In this document: positions 1 to 10,000 of the stretch, piece after piece
How positions within the stretch are numbered: position 1 is the first letter of the stretch
Layout of the letters: every line of letters starts with the position of its first letter
Source: Muribaculaceae bacterium
Lineage (GTDB): Bacteria > Bacteroidota > Bacteroidia > Bacteroidales > Muribaculaceae
Direction of reading: 5' to 3'
Assembly: GCA_023665425.1 (NCBI GenBank)
Contig: JAMPDX010000001.1
Span: 811,988-875,987 of the forward strand
Length of the DNA: 64,000 bases
Program-made: the position numbers and the translations under genes
Notes under the pieces: generated by a model
Databases searched by the model: none
The model's input: the letters and a program-made list of their open reading frames with translations, nothing else
Told to the model about the DNA's origin: nothing

Positions 1-955
1 TCTTTTGCTTTGAATTATTTTTCTTAGGCTTCCCTTTAGAGGGAGTCAAGGCAGCCTCTCCCGGCTTGTGGAGTACACCCAAGAAAAGCCCTTCACCCAC
101 AGTGCGGTGGGGCATAAATCGCAGGGCGGACAATGAGCTGTCTATGCTCCCGGGGATATCAAACTCCGCGTTGAGCCCAAGGTCGATATTCTCAGCGCCC
201 AATTCTTCCATGGCATACCTCAAGATGGACTCATCTTCATACTTATTAAAGGTACAAGTGCTGTATATGAGGTATCCGCCGGGCCGAAGGGTCTGCCACG
301 CATTCGTGATGATTTCCTGCTGCAACTCGGCGCAGCGGGTCACCAGCCCCGGTGACCATTGGCGGCGTGCCTCCTCATCCTTGCGCATCATACCCTCGCC
401 GGAGCAGGGTGCATCAACAGCCACAATGTCAAAAGCCCCTTTGAGATTACGATATGCCGAAGTGTCACCACAGGTGACGGCAAAATTTGGATACCCCCAT
501 TTGGTCAGATTTTCTACAAGAATGGCGGCGCGTGCGGGCACAAACTCGTTAGCCACTACAAAGGCCTCCTCAGGCAAGACCGACAAAGCCGCTGTTGTTT
601 TGCCTCCCGGCGCGGCGCACATATCAAGATACCGCAAATCCTTCCTGCCGAGCTTGTTCACGATGCGCTCGATGACAGCTGTCATAATCATCGAAGCCGG
701 CTCCTGCACATAGAACGCCCCACCATGCCAACCCGGCATAAGCGTAAACTGTGGCCGCTCCGCAAGCACCCGCCCCATATCACACCAAGCCACCGGCGCA
801 CCGTCAAAATCCTTCGACTTGCGAGGGTTCAGACGCACACCCACCACCGGAGCCGTATTTTCCAATGCCTCGACAAGCGCCGAGCACTCCTCCGCGCCCG
901 GGCACACCTTCATCTCCTCAATAAAACCCTCAGGTATCCGTGTATCCATATTCAT
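1..955 (-). CDS. RsmB/RsmF-type (NOL1/NOP2/Sun family) SAM-dependent RNA cytosine-C5 methyltransferase; the C-terminus runs off the left edge of the window
   Basis: Absent from the ORF track because no stop lies in the window. Hand translation of the minus strand from ATG 955-953 gives MNMDTRIPEGFIEEMK...RYLDMCAAPGGKTTAAL...FDIVAVDAPCSGEGMMRKDEE...PGGYLIYSTCTFNK. These are the AdoMet-binding motif and both catalytic-Cys motifs of this family. Track ORFs 66..713(+) and 359..967(+) are its antisense shadows. Confidence 0.8.
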   Translation of the reverse strand, partial: MNMDTRIPEGFIEEMKVCPGAEECSALVEALENTAPVVGVRLNPRKSKDFDGAPVAWCDMGRVLAERPQFTLMPGWHGGAFYVQEPASMIMTAVIERIVNKLGRKDLRYLDMCAAPGGKTTAALSVLPEEAFVVANEFVPARAAILVENLTKWGYPNFAVTCGDTSAYRNLKGAFDIVAVDAPCSGEGMMRKDEEARRQWSPGLVTRCAELQQEIITNAWQTLRPGGYLIYSTCTFNKYEDESILRYAMEELGAENIDLGLNAEFDIPGSIDSSLSALRFMPHRTVGEGLFLGVLHKPGEAALTPSKGKPKKNNSKQK

Positions 956-958
956 CTG

Positions 959-966
959 CAAAGTTA
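959..966 (-). promoter_or_regulatory. Bacteroidetes -7 promoter box (TAACTTTG on the minus strand) 3 nt upstream of the methyltransferase ATG
   Basis: Plus strand reads caaagtta, which is the reverse complement of TAACTTTG and matches the TAnnTTTG consensus. Confidence 0.4.
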
Positions 967-985
967 ACCATTTCCCGGCCAACCA

Positions 986-1025
986 CCAAAAGAGCGGTTG
1001 CAATCAGCACAGATTGCAACCGCTC
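986..1025 (-). terminator. Rho-independent terminator of the 930-aa surface protein gene
   Basis: Perfect 13-bp stem gagcggttgcaat/attgcaaccgctc (992-1025), followed on the minus strand by TTTTGG. It lies 30 nt downstream of the stop at 1055. Confidence 0.65.
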
Positions 1026-1054
1026 ACATCGGTTAGGAAGGATGTAGAAATCGT

Positions 1055-3847
1055 TTATTTCACCATGACTTTGACAACGGACCCATCGGAGAGACGGATG
1101 ATGTTCATCTGTCCGCGAACCGGAGCATTGTGGCGTTGGCCATCTACAGTATATATTTCAGCATTGCTAAGATCAACGTCGTTGAGCACGGTGCTGATAC
1201 CGGATGCCTTGATTTCTTCAAGCATCTTCTTGATGGCTGCAGAGAGTGTGTCATAGTCTACCTGAGACTCATAGAGGCCCTCCTGCTCAACATCCTCATA
1301 CTCCTTATTGCAAGCATCGATGGTTGCTTGCAACTGCTGACGCATATTTGAGACATATTCGCTGTCAATAAACTCCGGATACAGAGTCTGCACTGTAAGC
1401 AGTGCGGCATTGAACTCGTTCTCAAGTTTGTCTATGAGCTTCAAGTCAGTATCGTATGCCTTGTCATTGAGGTCTTGACGATATGCCTCTGCAGCAGCCG
1501 GAACAAGCTCAGAGATGCGTTCTTCGAGTGCGGTAGTGTTGAGGTCATAGCTATAAGTGCCGGCAGTTGCAACTGCGTTGTAAGCGTTGGTAGCAGCAAG
1601 CTTCATCATGTCGATCTGAGTCTGAATATAGTTCTCAGAGTTAGTGTCTTGGAAGCCGTTGTACTTCTCACGAACCTCAGCCTTGGCGGCATCGAGTTGA
1701 GCCTGCAAGCCTGCGAGCTTCTGCAGGTCAGCCTCCCAAGCAGCCTTGTTGGCAGCCTGACGAGCTGACTCGTTAGCGCGAGCGGCAGCATCGGGTACGA
1801 GAGAGGCAATCTGAGCCTCCACAGCAGTGATGTCGAGAGTATAATCGTAATTGCCCTCATTGGCAACAGCCTCATAAGCCTTGTTTACAGCCTGTGTGAG
1901 AGCATCGATGGCATCCTGAGCAGCCTTCTCGGCAGCGGGGTCTGCAAAGTCAGCATACTTCTCAGCTATCTCAGCCTTGGCAGCATCGAGTTGAGCCTGC
2001 AGGTCAGCGAGCTTCTGCAGGTCAGCCTCCCAAGCAGCCTTGTTGGCAGCCTGACGGTCAGCCTCAGCTTTGGCGCGAGCGGCAGCGTCGGGTACGAGAG
2101 AGGCAATCTGAGCCTCCACAGCAGTAGTGTCGAGAGTATAATCGTAATTGCCCTTATTGGCAACAGCCTCATAAGCCTTGTTTACGGCCTGAGTGAGAGC
2201 ATCGATAGCATCCTGAGCAGCCTTCTCGGCAGCGGGGTCTGCGAAGTCGGCATACTTCTCAGCTATCTCAGCCTTGGCGGCATCGAGTTGAGCCTGCAAG
2301 CCTGCGAGCTTCTGCAGGTCAGCCTCCCAAGCATTTTTGTTTGCTGTCTGGCGGTCAGCCTCTGCGGCTTTAGCCTGAGCATCAGTGAGCAGAGCATTAA
2401 TCTGAGCCTCTACAGCGGCAGTGTCGGGATTATACTCATATCTACCGTCCTCGGCCACAGCCTCGTAAGCCTGTTCTGCCTGAGTGCGGAGAGCATCAAT
2501 AGCATCCTGAGCAGCCTTCTCAGCCGCTTCATCGCGATATGCAGGATAAGTGTCAGCTATTTGCTGCTTAACAGTATCGAGTTGCTGCTGCAGCCCGTCG
2601 AGGAGTGCTACTACGGCATCGTATGCTGCCTTGTTGTCAGCACGACGCTGCACCTCGGCATTCTGAGCTGCTTGAGCATTTGAGAGGTATGTATCGATGT
2701 CGGTAGAGATACCGGCGGAAGGAGCGAGTACATTCTCATAGTCTGCTGTGAGAGTATGCTCTTCGTATGCCTTCTCGATAGCCTCACGCAGAGCATCAAT
2801 ACGGCCCTGAAGTTCTGCTCCATCATAATTGTCAGCTACTAAGGGGCAGTCAGTCTTGATAGTCTGCAGAGTGTTGTCAAGCTTCTGTTGCAGTGCGTCC
2901 ACTACAGCCAAGGCTGCCTGATGAGCCCCCTTGCCATTAATTATGTTGACAGTGCATCCCTCTCCATAGATAGTCTTGTTATTGGAGTTGGACATTTCAA
3001 AGCCCTGAAGTGACAATGTGGCATTGTCAGCCTCAAAATCAGAGGCGGCTACCAGAGTGAAACTAAAAATCTCACCCTGGCCGGTGGGGATGATGTTGTT
3101 GCCGTTATAGTCAACAATCACCACGCCATAAGTGACGCCATCTGCACGCTTGGTGACATTCACGGCCGAGCCGTTAGAGACACGGTTAGTGATATTTATC
3201 TGGTCGCCAAGGATAGAGAAGCCTTGAGGCACCACAATCTCCATTTGCAGACCACGCACATCGAAGTCGTTAGCCAACGATACCTCAACATTACGTGTGG
3301 CACCGGGGTTCATAACCATCTCCTGCTCAAGGGTGGAGAGGATGCCGCTGCCGGACTGTACAGATACATTGGTTACGGTTGATGTCTCACCCGGCAGGCG
3401 TGTGCCCTGCGCAGTTGAATACACAATGTCGGAGAGTGTAATAGTAGCATCGGCACCATTGGCGATGTCGGCAGCTGAAGCCTCAATCTCAAGCCATGCC
3501 AGTGTGCCGGAAGTGCCTACGAAGGTATTACGGCTTCCACTGGTGACCAGGAACAGGCCTTTGCTGTTGTAGCTCAAATTCTGGCCGATGCTGAGACGCT
3601 CGGAGTTACGCTCTACACCTGCAATCTTCCACCCCTCGGGCAGATTGACATTAAATTGCAGGCCGGCAAGGTCAGGAGTATTGTCAAGCTCAATGGCCAC
3701 ACGTGTGGTAGTGGCGCCGGAGAGATTGAAGTCGTTTATATAGAGCTTATTCGTCTGTTGTGCTTGAGCTGTCAGTCCAAATGTGCCCAGCAGGCACACC
3801 AAGGCCATAACAAGACGGGTAGCTCCTATATGTGTTAATATTTTCAT
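1055..3847 (-). CDS. Secreted helical-repeat surface protein: signal peptide, two cohesin-like beta modules, six ~98-aa alpha-helical modules, T9SS-like C-terminal tail
   Basis: Track ORF 1055..3856 starts at a TTG; the first ATG is at 3847 (MKILTHIGATRLVMALVCLLGTFGLTAQA). Domain calls come from sequence patterns in the translation. No catalytic motif was seen. Confidence 0.85.
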   Translation of the reverse strand: MKILTHIGATRLVMALVCLLGTFGLTAQAQQTNKLYINDFNLSGATTTRVAIELDNTPDLAGLQFNVNLPEGWKIAGVERNSERLSIGQNLSYNSKGLFLVTSGSRNTFVGTSGTLAWLEIEASAADIANGADATITLSDIVYSTAQGTRLPGETSTVTNVSVQSGSGILSTLEQEMVMNPGATRNVEVSLANDFDVRGLQMEIVVPQGFSILGDQINITNRVSNGSAVNVTKRADGVTYGVVIVDYNGNNIIPTGQGEIFSFTLVAASDFEADNATLSLQGFEMSNSNNKTIYGEGCTVNIINGKGAHQAALAVVDALQQKLDNTLQTIKTDCPLVADNYDGAELQGRIDALREAIEKAYEEHTLTADYENVLAPSAGISTDIDTYLSNAQAAQNAEVQRRADNKAAYDAVVALLDGLQQQLDTVKQQIADTYPAYRDEAAEKAAQDAIDALRTQAEQAYEAVAEDGRYEYNPDTAAVEAQINALLTDAQAKAAEADRQTANKNAWEADLQKLAGLQAQLDAAKAEIAEKYADFADPAAEKAAQDAIDALTQAVNKAYEAVANKGNYDYTLDTTAVEAQIASLVPDAAARAKAEADRQAANKAAWEADLQKLADLQAQLDAAKAEIAEKYADFADPAAEKAAQDAIDALTQAVNKAYEAVANEGNYDYTLDITAVEAQIASLVPDAAARANESARQAANKAAWEADLQKLAGLQAQLDAAKAEVREKYNGFQDTNSENYIQTQIDMMKLAATNAYNAVATAGTYSYDLNTTALEERISELVPAAAEAYRQDLNDKAYDTDLKLIDKLENEFNAALLTVQTLYPEFIDSEYVSNMRQQLQATIDACNKEYEDVEQEGLYESQVDYDTLSAAIKKMLEEIKASGISTVLNDVDLSNAEIYTVDGQRHNAPVRGQMNIIRLSDGSVVKVMVK
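1058..1198 (-). other. T9SS-type C-terminal sorting domain (putative)
   Basis: C-terminal ...AEIYTVDGQRHNAPVRGQMNIIRLSDGSVVKVMVK has the beta-strand pattern and K-x-x-x-K end typical of Por_Secre_tail domains. Not HMM-verified. Confidence 0.55.
1677..2267. repeat. Two near-identical tandem DNA copies (294 and 297 bp), each encoding one helical module; more diverged copies flank them (about 1200-2930 in total)
   Basis: The string tcagccttggc(g/a)gcatcgagttgagcctgca recurs at 1677, 1971 and 2268. The protein repeat is ANKAAWEADLQKLA.LQAQLDAAKAEIAEKYADFADPAAEKAAQDAIDALTQAVNKAYEAVAN.GNYDYTLD.TAVEAQIASLVPDAAARA. Confidence 0.9.
2927..3751 (-). other. Two tandem cohesin-like beta-sandwich modules (about residues 37-166 and 174-305 of the track ORF)
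   Basis: Patterns such as RVAIELDNTPDLAGLQFNVNLPEGWKI...GTLAWLEIEA and RNVEVSLANDFDVRGLQMEIVVPQGFSI...GEIFSFTLVA resemble the cohesin strand pattern. This is a by-eye assignment only. Confidence 0.45.
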
Positions 3848-3904
3848 CTTTATCAATTCTATAAGATGTTAGCCCGGATAACGCATTGTCAGTCAATTAG
3901 AAAA

Positions 3905-3960
3905 AGGATGTGGCCGGTTGTCTCTGACCGGAACAATTGGCTTACGACACCCGGCCACAA
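3905..3960 (-). terminator. Putative terminator of the 2091-aa gene
   Basis: Inverted repeat tgtggccgg (3909-3917) / ccggccaca (3951-3959) with an inner ccgg hairpin, followed on the minus strand by CATCCTTTTTC. Confidence 0.5.
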
Positions 3961-4074
3961 ATTCCCCGAAATCAACTAACTTAAAAGTTGCCTTTCAATC
4001 AAACGTTCTACTCTAAAAAAGAGATAGCTTTTTAGAATGTGGGAACTTCTTACATTATCCAATTTACGCATCTA

Positions 4075-7000
4075 TCATTTACGCATTTCTTTAGTGACAG
4101 AACCATCCTTGTGGCGGATGATGTTGATACCGCTCTTGAGCGATTGCAGGCGGCGGCCGGCAGCATCATAGATGCTCATGACACCATCCTTGACGTAATC
4201 GTAGATCGCATCCAGAGTTGAGGTGTGAGCCTTGGAAATCTCATGGATGTTATTGTCGGTATCGGTGAACATTGCATCGGAGATGGTGAGGTCACCCTTA
4301 CCCTCAACTTGGATGAAGAGGATAGTACCATCCTGGCCGGTAAAGACTGCATTCTGCATGGAGGCGAGGATGACGCGGCTGTAGTCGTAGTTGTCAAACA
4401 GATATGCGTCATGTGCCTCTGTGCGCTCTACAGTAGCCACACCTGTCACCTTGGCATCGCCGGAGGTGCGGATGTCAAACTGTGCTGCTGTGTAAGCGGT
4501 CATGTTGGAGAGTGCTACAGCGTATGTGCGTACACCATCCTCTTCGCCTACGAGAGCTACTGACATTGAGTCATCACTCTTGACAGCCGGCTTGTAGGCC
4601 TTCACACGTACCACTTGTACTTCATCACCCAGGATCATGGAGATGAGGGAGGTGACGTCGGCCACATTGAGCTTGTCATTGCCATCAACATCGGCGGCAC
4701 ATGCCTGGCGAGGATTCTCGGCATAGAGCTCATCGTAAGTCATGCCCTCACCAATAAAGTTGATGAGCATCTGTACGTCAAGCACATTGACTTCGCCATT
4801 CTCATCGAGGTCAACATCGCCAACCACAAATGAGTTATCCTGAGCTGAATCGTTGATCTTCTTAAATTCCTCAACCAAGGCTTTGGCCTCCTCGGCAATC
4901 TGAGCCAGGCGGTCATCGTCGGCATAACGTGACTCTAATTGCAGGTTCTCAAGAGTATCGTTCAGTGTATCGAACTGCTTTTTGAGCTCTGCGCGTACAG
5001 CCGGCACAATAGAGAGGTTTGTCAGCTTATCATTAGCATCATTTCTGGCCTCAGTGGCATTGCTGAGCTCTGCATTAGCCAAATACTTGACGGTTTTGTG
5101 CTTGTATTTGGCGATATCAGACTCAATTTCATCACCCTTGAGCAGTGTGCTCTCAGCAGTGAGGGCGTATGCTGCCTTGTCACTTTCGAGCTGAGCAAGA
5201 GCATCATCGAGCAGATTCTGTATTCTTTCAGCGGTAGGACTGAGTATCTCGGCGATATTATAGCCATAGCCTTCGGCCAGTGTCTTGGCATCCTCAAACT
5301 CTTTGAGCAGCTCCTCATACTGAGCATACAGCACGGCATACTGATTGTCGCTTGCCTCTTGCTGAGCCTTCTGCTCTTGTGCTTTCTGCTCCTCAGCTGC
5401 AACCTTAGTGTTGAGCTCGTTGAGAGCTGTCTCTATCTCATTGAGAGTCTTGGTGTAATAGCCCTCACGTGCCAAGATGCGGTCTCCATCGTCGCTCCAA
5501 TCTACCTTGGTGTCGTCGAGTTCTGACTGAAGAGCCTCATACTCACCGGCAAACATCTCTTGGACGCTATCCATACATCCGTCGAGTGTGGCTTTGCCGC
5601 TGTCAATTTTCGATTTGAGTGTATTATAATTATTGTTGAGCTTGTCAAGCAGAGCAGTAGCGGGATTAGGCTCTATGGGATTTTGCTTCTGGCCCCATGC
5701 AGTCTTCAGCATGACATACAGGCGGCAGAGCTCTGTCTCATAACCAACCAGCTCATCCTTCTGTGCGGCAGGATTTGCAGAGTCGTAGTTTCCGCCGAGG
5801 GCATCGATGCCATTTCCTTGCTTGGTGATTTGAGCATCGATATTGGGGTAAGTCTCGCCCTCAGGGAGAGTAGCATCAGCCTCGTAGGCATCGTTGAATG
5901 CAACCTTAGTATTGTTGAGCAGAGTGCGCAAGAAGAACACCTCGGCATCATAAGCAGTCGTATAGGCTTTGTTTATCTCACCTATGATACCCTCGTACTC
6001 ACCCTCAAGGCCTTCATCACCGAATGCAGTGCCCAGACGGCCCAGATTAGCTTTTACGGTAGCTTCGAGCAGCTCGATAGCCTCGCGGATATTCTTAAGT
6101 TCTCTCTCCAGAATTTTCTCCGGACTATCCTCCTTACTTTTCTCTGTGACTGCGCAGCCACTCAGGCTGTTGCAGTAGTCTACAAGAGCCTCGTAAGTTG
6201 AATTCATGTCAGGCAGCCACTTGTCATAGAAGTTATTCTGGAGCGTTTGATCCTCAACATTGAGGTCATTGATCTTCTTGACTTCATCGCGCAAGCCCTG
6301 CAGGTTCTCGATTATAGCATCAAGGGTTTCCTTATCCTCTTTATACTCATTGATGAGGTCTTTGCTATCAATAGCCTGTTGATTAAGCGCAATAGCAGTG
6401 TTCTCATATTCTTGGAAGGCAGTGTTTACGGCAGCCTTGACATCGGGGTCTGCATTATCATAAGAGGCGATATCGGCCTTCAGCTCCTTGATGGTCTTGT
6501 CTGCGATCTCCCATGTAGCAGTCCATGCATCCTCAGCAAACTTCTGAAGGTCAATGGCTCCGGCTACTTCATCGAGCTCGTTGCATATCTCATCCATCTT
6601 CTTTGCCAAATGCTCTTCTTCACCTACTGCGTCATAATATCTATGTGCTTGGGCCAGATAAGATATGGCTTCTTTCAGGTAGTCTTCAGGGTCAATGCCT
6701 GCATTGGTCAGAGCTTTATCTGCATCGCTAATTGCAGTCTCAGCCTTTCCATTCAGCTCGTCATAATATTTAGCTGCCAATGAGTCTAACTGATCCCACA
6801 GATCGCTTAGATCTGCTTCGATGCTATCATGGATTGCAACGCATTTATCTTTCCATTCTTGATACTCATCGTTGGTGATTACATGGTTGTCTGCAGTCCA
6901 CGCAGCAAACGCCTTCTTACCTTCATCGTCCAGGTTATGGATTTCCTGGTAGTATTTGAATAGAGTCTCGTGGCGCTTTACTTCGTCGTGTATATAAGCT

Positions 7001-10000
7001 CTCCAACCGTGATTTTCTTCGGAATCTCCCTCTCCATAGTAGTAAGTATTATATACTTTTATAGCATCACGATACTGGCTTAGGAGACTGTTGATCTTGT
7101 CGTTCCAATCACCTGTAGTAGTATTGTTAGCGGTTTCTACAGCCTTGTGCAGACCATTCTCATAGAAGAATTCGTTGTATTGGTCTTGAGCCAAATCCTC
7201 TATGCGCTGATATTCAGCCATGATGTCTGAGTGGGCACCATTTGAATTACCTTTGCCATACTCATTGGTAACTACTACATTTTCAGCAGCGATGTCATTG
7301 TCAATGAGGTTTCGCAGAGGAGTGGTCCATTTGTCAATAACTTCCTGGCTCAGGCCGGCTTCGATTGCACTCTTAGTAATAGCAGCGATCACACTCTCGA
7401 TATAGGTGCGCACCTCTTTCTCACGAACAATCTGGTCATTGTGTGCCTTATTGTTCTTTTCGATGTCCATACGAGTATTGGCGATATTGCCAATAAGGTT
7501 TTGTACCCGATAAGTATAGCCTTCCTCAGCGCTCATGTCGGCAACGACGGTGCCGTCAGCAAGAGACTTCTCAAGGGCATCTTTGATTGTGTTCCACTCG
7601 GACTGAATACCGGCGATAACACCTTTCTCGCCGCCATAGTATTCCAATGCCGGAGGAAGAGAAGTGTTCTCATTATATGCAGTCAGATTATCAATCTGAG
7701 TCTGCAAATAGTCGAGAGTGGAGACAAGGCTATCGTATGCAGCCTGGTTGGCTTTAGCAACTGTGAGTTTCTTATTATACTCGGCGAGCTTATCAAGGAA
7801 CTTGATGATTTTGCCATCTACAACACCGAGGTCCTTGGTGGTGGCTGTATCAACTATCTCGGCCAAGATGTTAGTGAGCTCAGTTTCCAGAGGTTTGGTA
7901 GTAGCGGTAGCTGTTCCCAAAGTAAACTTGGCTACGTTGGTTACATTGTCAGCCACAGCCTGGTCATAAGCGGCGATGAACGCATTAAGTTCCTTCTGAG
8001 CATAGTCGCCGTTGAGCTTTGAAGCCTCATAAGCGAATTTCTGCTCTACAGAGGAGACTGTTATTGTCTCGTTGCCGTCAGTATATTGCAGCTCGGTGAT
8101 ATTCTGGAGCTTATTCTTAAGGGCAATAAGGAGGTCCCAACTATCCTGACCTTTCGCACGTTTTGCCTCATTAAGTGATGTCTTGTATCCGACGAGTTCC
8201 TTGTAGAACTTGCCGGACTCACCTGCATAGTCCTCAAGATATTTTGCCTTAAGATCTATTACAGACTGCAGTGTCTTGATCTCCTTGCCGTTGACAAAGG
8301 CAGTGAAGTCGGTAAAGTTACTATTAAAAGTATTGAGTTTCTTTATAACTGTTACAAAGTCAGCTGCCATATTCTCAGCGTTCTCCTGAGTATCGCTGAT
8401 GGCTGTTTTGATAGCATCGGTAACAGCGCTATCATCGCATTGATCTTTTGTCAGAGCGAGAATACCATTCTTGATAGTGTCGAAGCCGGTTTGCCACTTG
8501 TCAATGATGTTGACTTCATTCTCATTCAAGAGCGTGGCTGTTTCGCCATCACCGGCATTAAGATTCTTGACAGCAGTAACAGCTGGCTCCCACCACTCAA
8601 TGAGCAGATTGTTAACAGTCGCAGCCTTAGCACACAATGTGTTGATGTCGTTGATCTTTTTATTAATATCGGCTATTTGAGAAGTGTAATCATCATCATC
8701 AAGATTCAGAATATGTTTCTCATATTTGCCATCCACATAAGTGCTGAATGTATTGATTGCAGTACCCAGAGCAGACACCTCTGCATAGAATTCTGATGCA
8801 AAAGATGCATCAACAAACATATTGTTGAAATTACTATACTGGGCATTGAAATCGTTGATCTGCTGCTGAGCCGTAGTCATGTTCTCATTCTGAGTCTCGA
8901 CGAGGTTATTGAGAGCCTCGGTCATGGATGTAAACTTAGTGATTACAGCCTCAAGTTTGTCCTTGTTCTCATCTTTTACGGTAGCCCATGCACCCTCCGG
9001 GAACAGATAGCCCTTGCCGGTATTATATTCTGCATTGGCGCCTTTGTTTGAGAAAAGGTCGTTGCCATCGGAGGTGGTGAAACCTACGTTCTCCTCACTC
9101 TTGGCGATATCCTCATATACTGTGGGGAACTTGTCAACTCCTTTAGCAGCATTGAGAGCTTCTATGTAGGCATTGTATTCATTCTCAAGCTTGGTGTTGA
9201 GGATGAAGTTTACCTCATAATACAGGTTATAGTTGGCCTTCAGCTGATTAAAGGCTGCGTTGAGTTTTGTGTTCGTGGCATTAAGCTCCTCGTACTGAGA
9301 TGCGAAAGTGATGTCCTTTCTCAGGCCCTCTCTCTTAGACCATTTGTCGTCGTCGTAGGGGAAGGCCTTCTTAATATCGGCCTCATAGTCTTCAATAGCA
9401 GTCTTTTGAGCTTCGGCTTCGCTCAGCAGGTCTGCTTTAACCTCGTCGGGAGCCTGTTCCCAAGTATTGATGTCATTAATCAGAGTATTGATAGCCTCGA
9501 CGAGTTTACCCTGTCCGTCAAGAAGAGAAGTGCGGTCTGCCAGATTGGCAAGATACTTGTCGAAGATAGTATTCTCATTCAATACTTCTTCGTTATATGT
9601 ATTGATCTCTGCCCCAAGGGCGGTTAAATATGCTTGAAGGTCGTTAGTCACCTTGTAGAAGCCATATTTTTTGTATGTAGCAATCGACTCGCTAAGTGAT
9701 GCAGTACCACCAATCTTGAGAACCTCTTGCCATACATTATCCCAGGCAGTGACTGTCTGGCCATCTGCTCCTGAGGTCTCGTAGTTTGCGAGTTTGTTTT
9801 CGATTACAGATTTTTTATTTCTGAGCTTATCAGCCTCCTCGAAGCCATCGTCAGCATTAACATCTTCCAGTGCTATATCATTGAGCCCTGCAAGTTGTTT
9901 CTGAAGGTCTGCTGTAACAGCCTTTGCATCGAACACCAGCTTGATAGTTTGGCCTACGAATGAGAAGCCCATAGACTTGTCATCCGCACCAATCTCAAGT

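Noticed and set aside
66-967. Two long + strand track ORFs (215 and 202 aa).
   Set aside because: They lie antisense to a clearly recognisable RsmB/RsmF-type methyltransferase frame on the minus strand. Their translations are low-complexity with no motifs.
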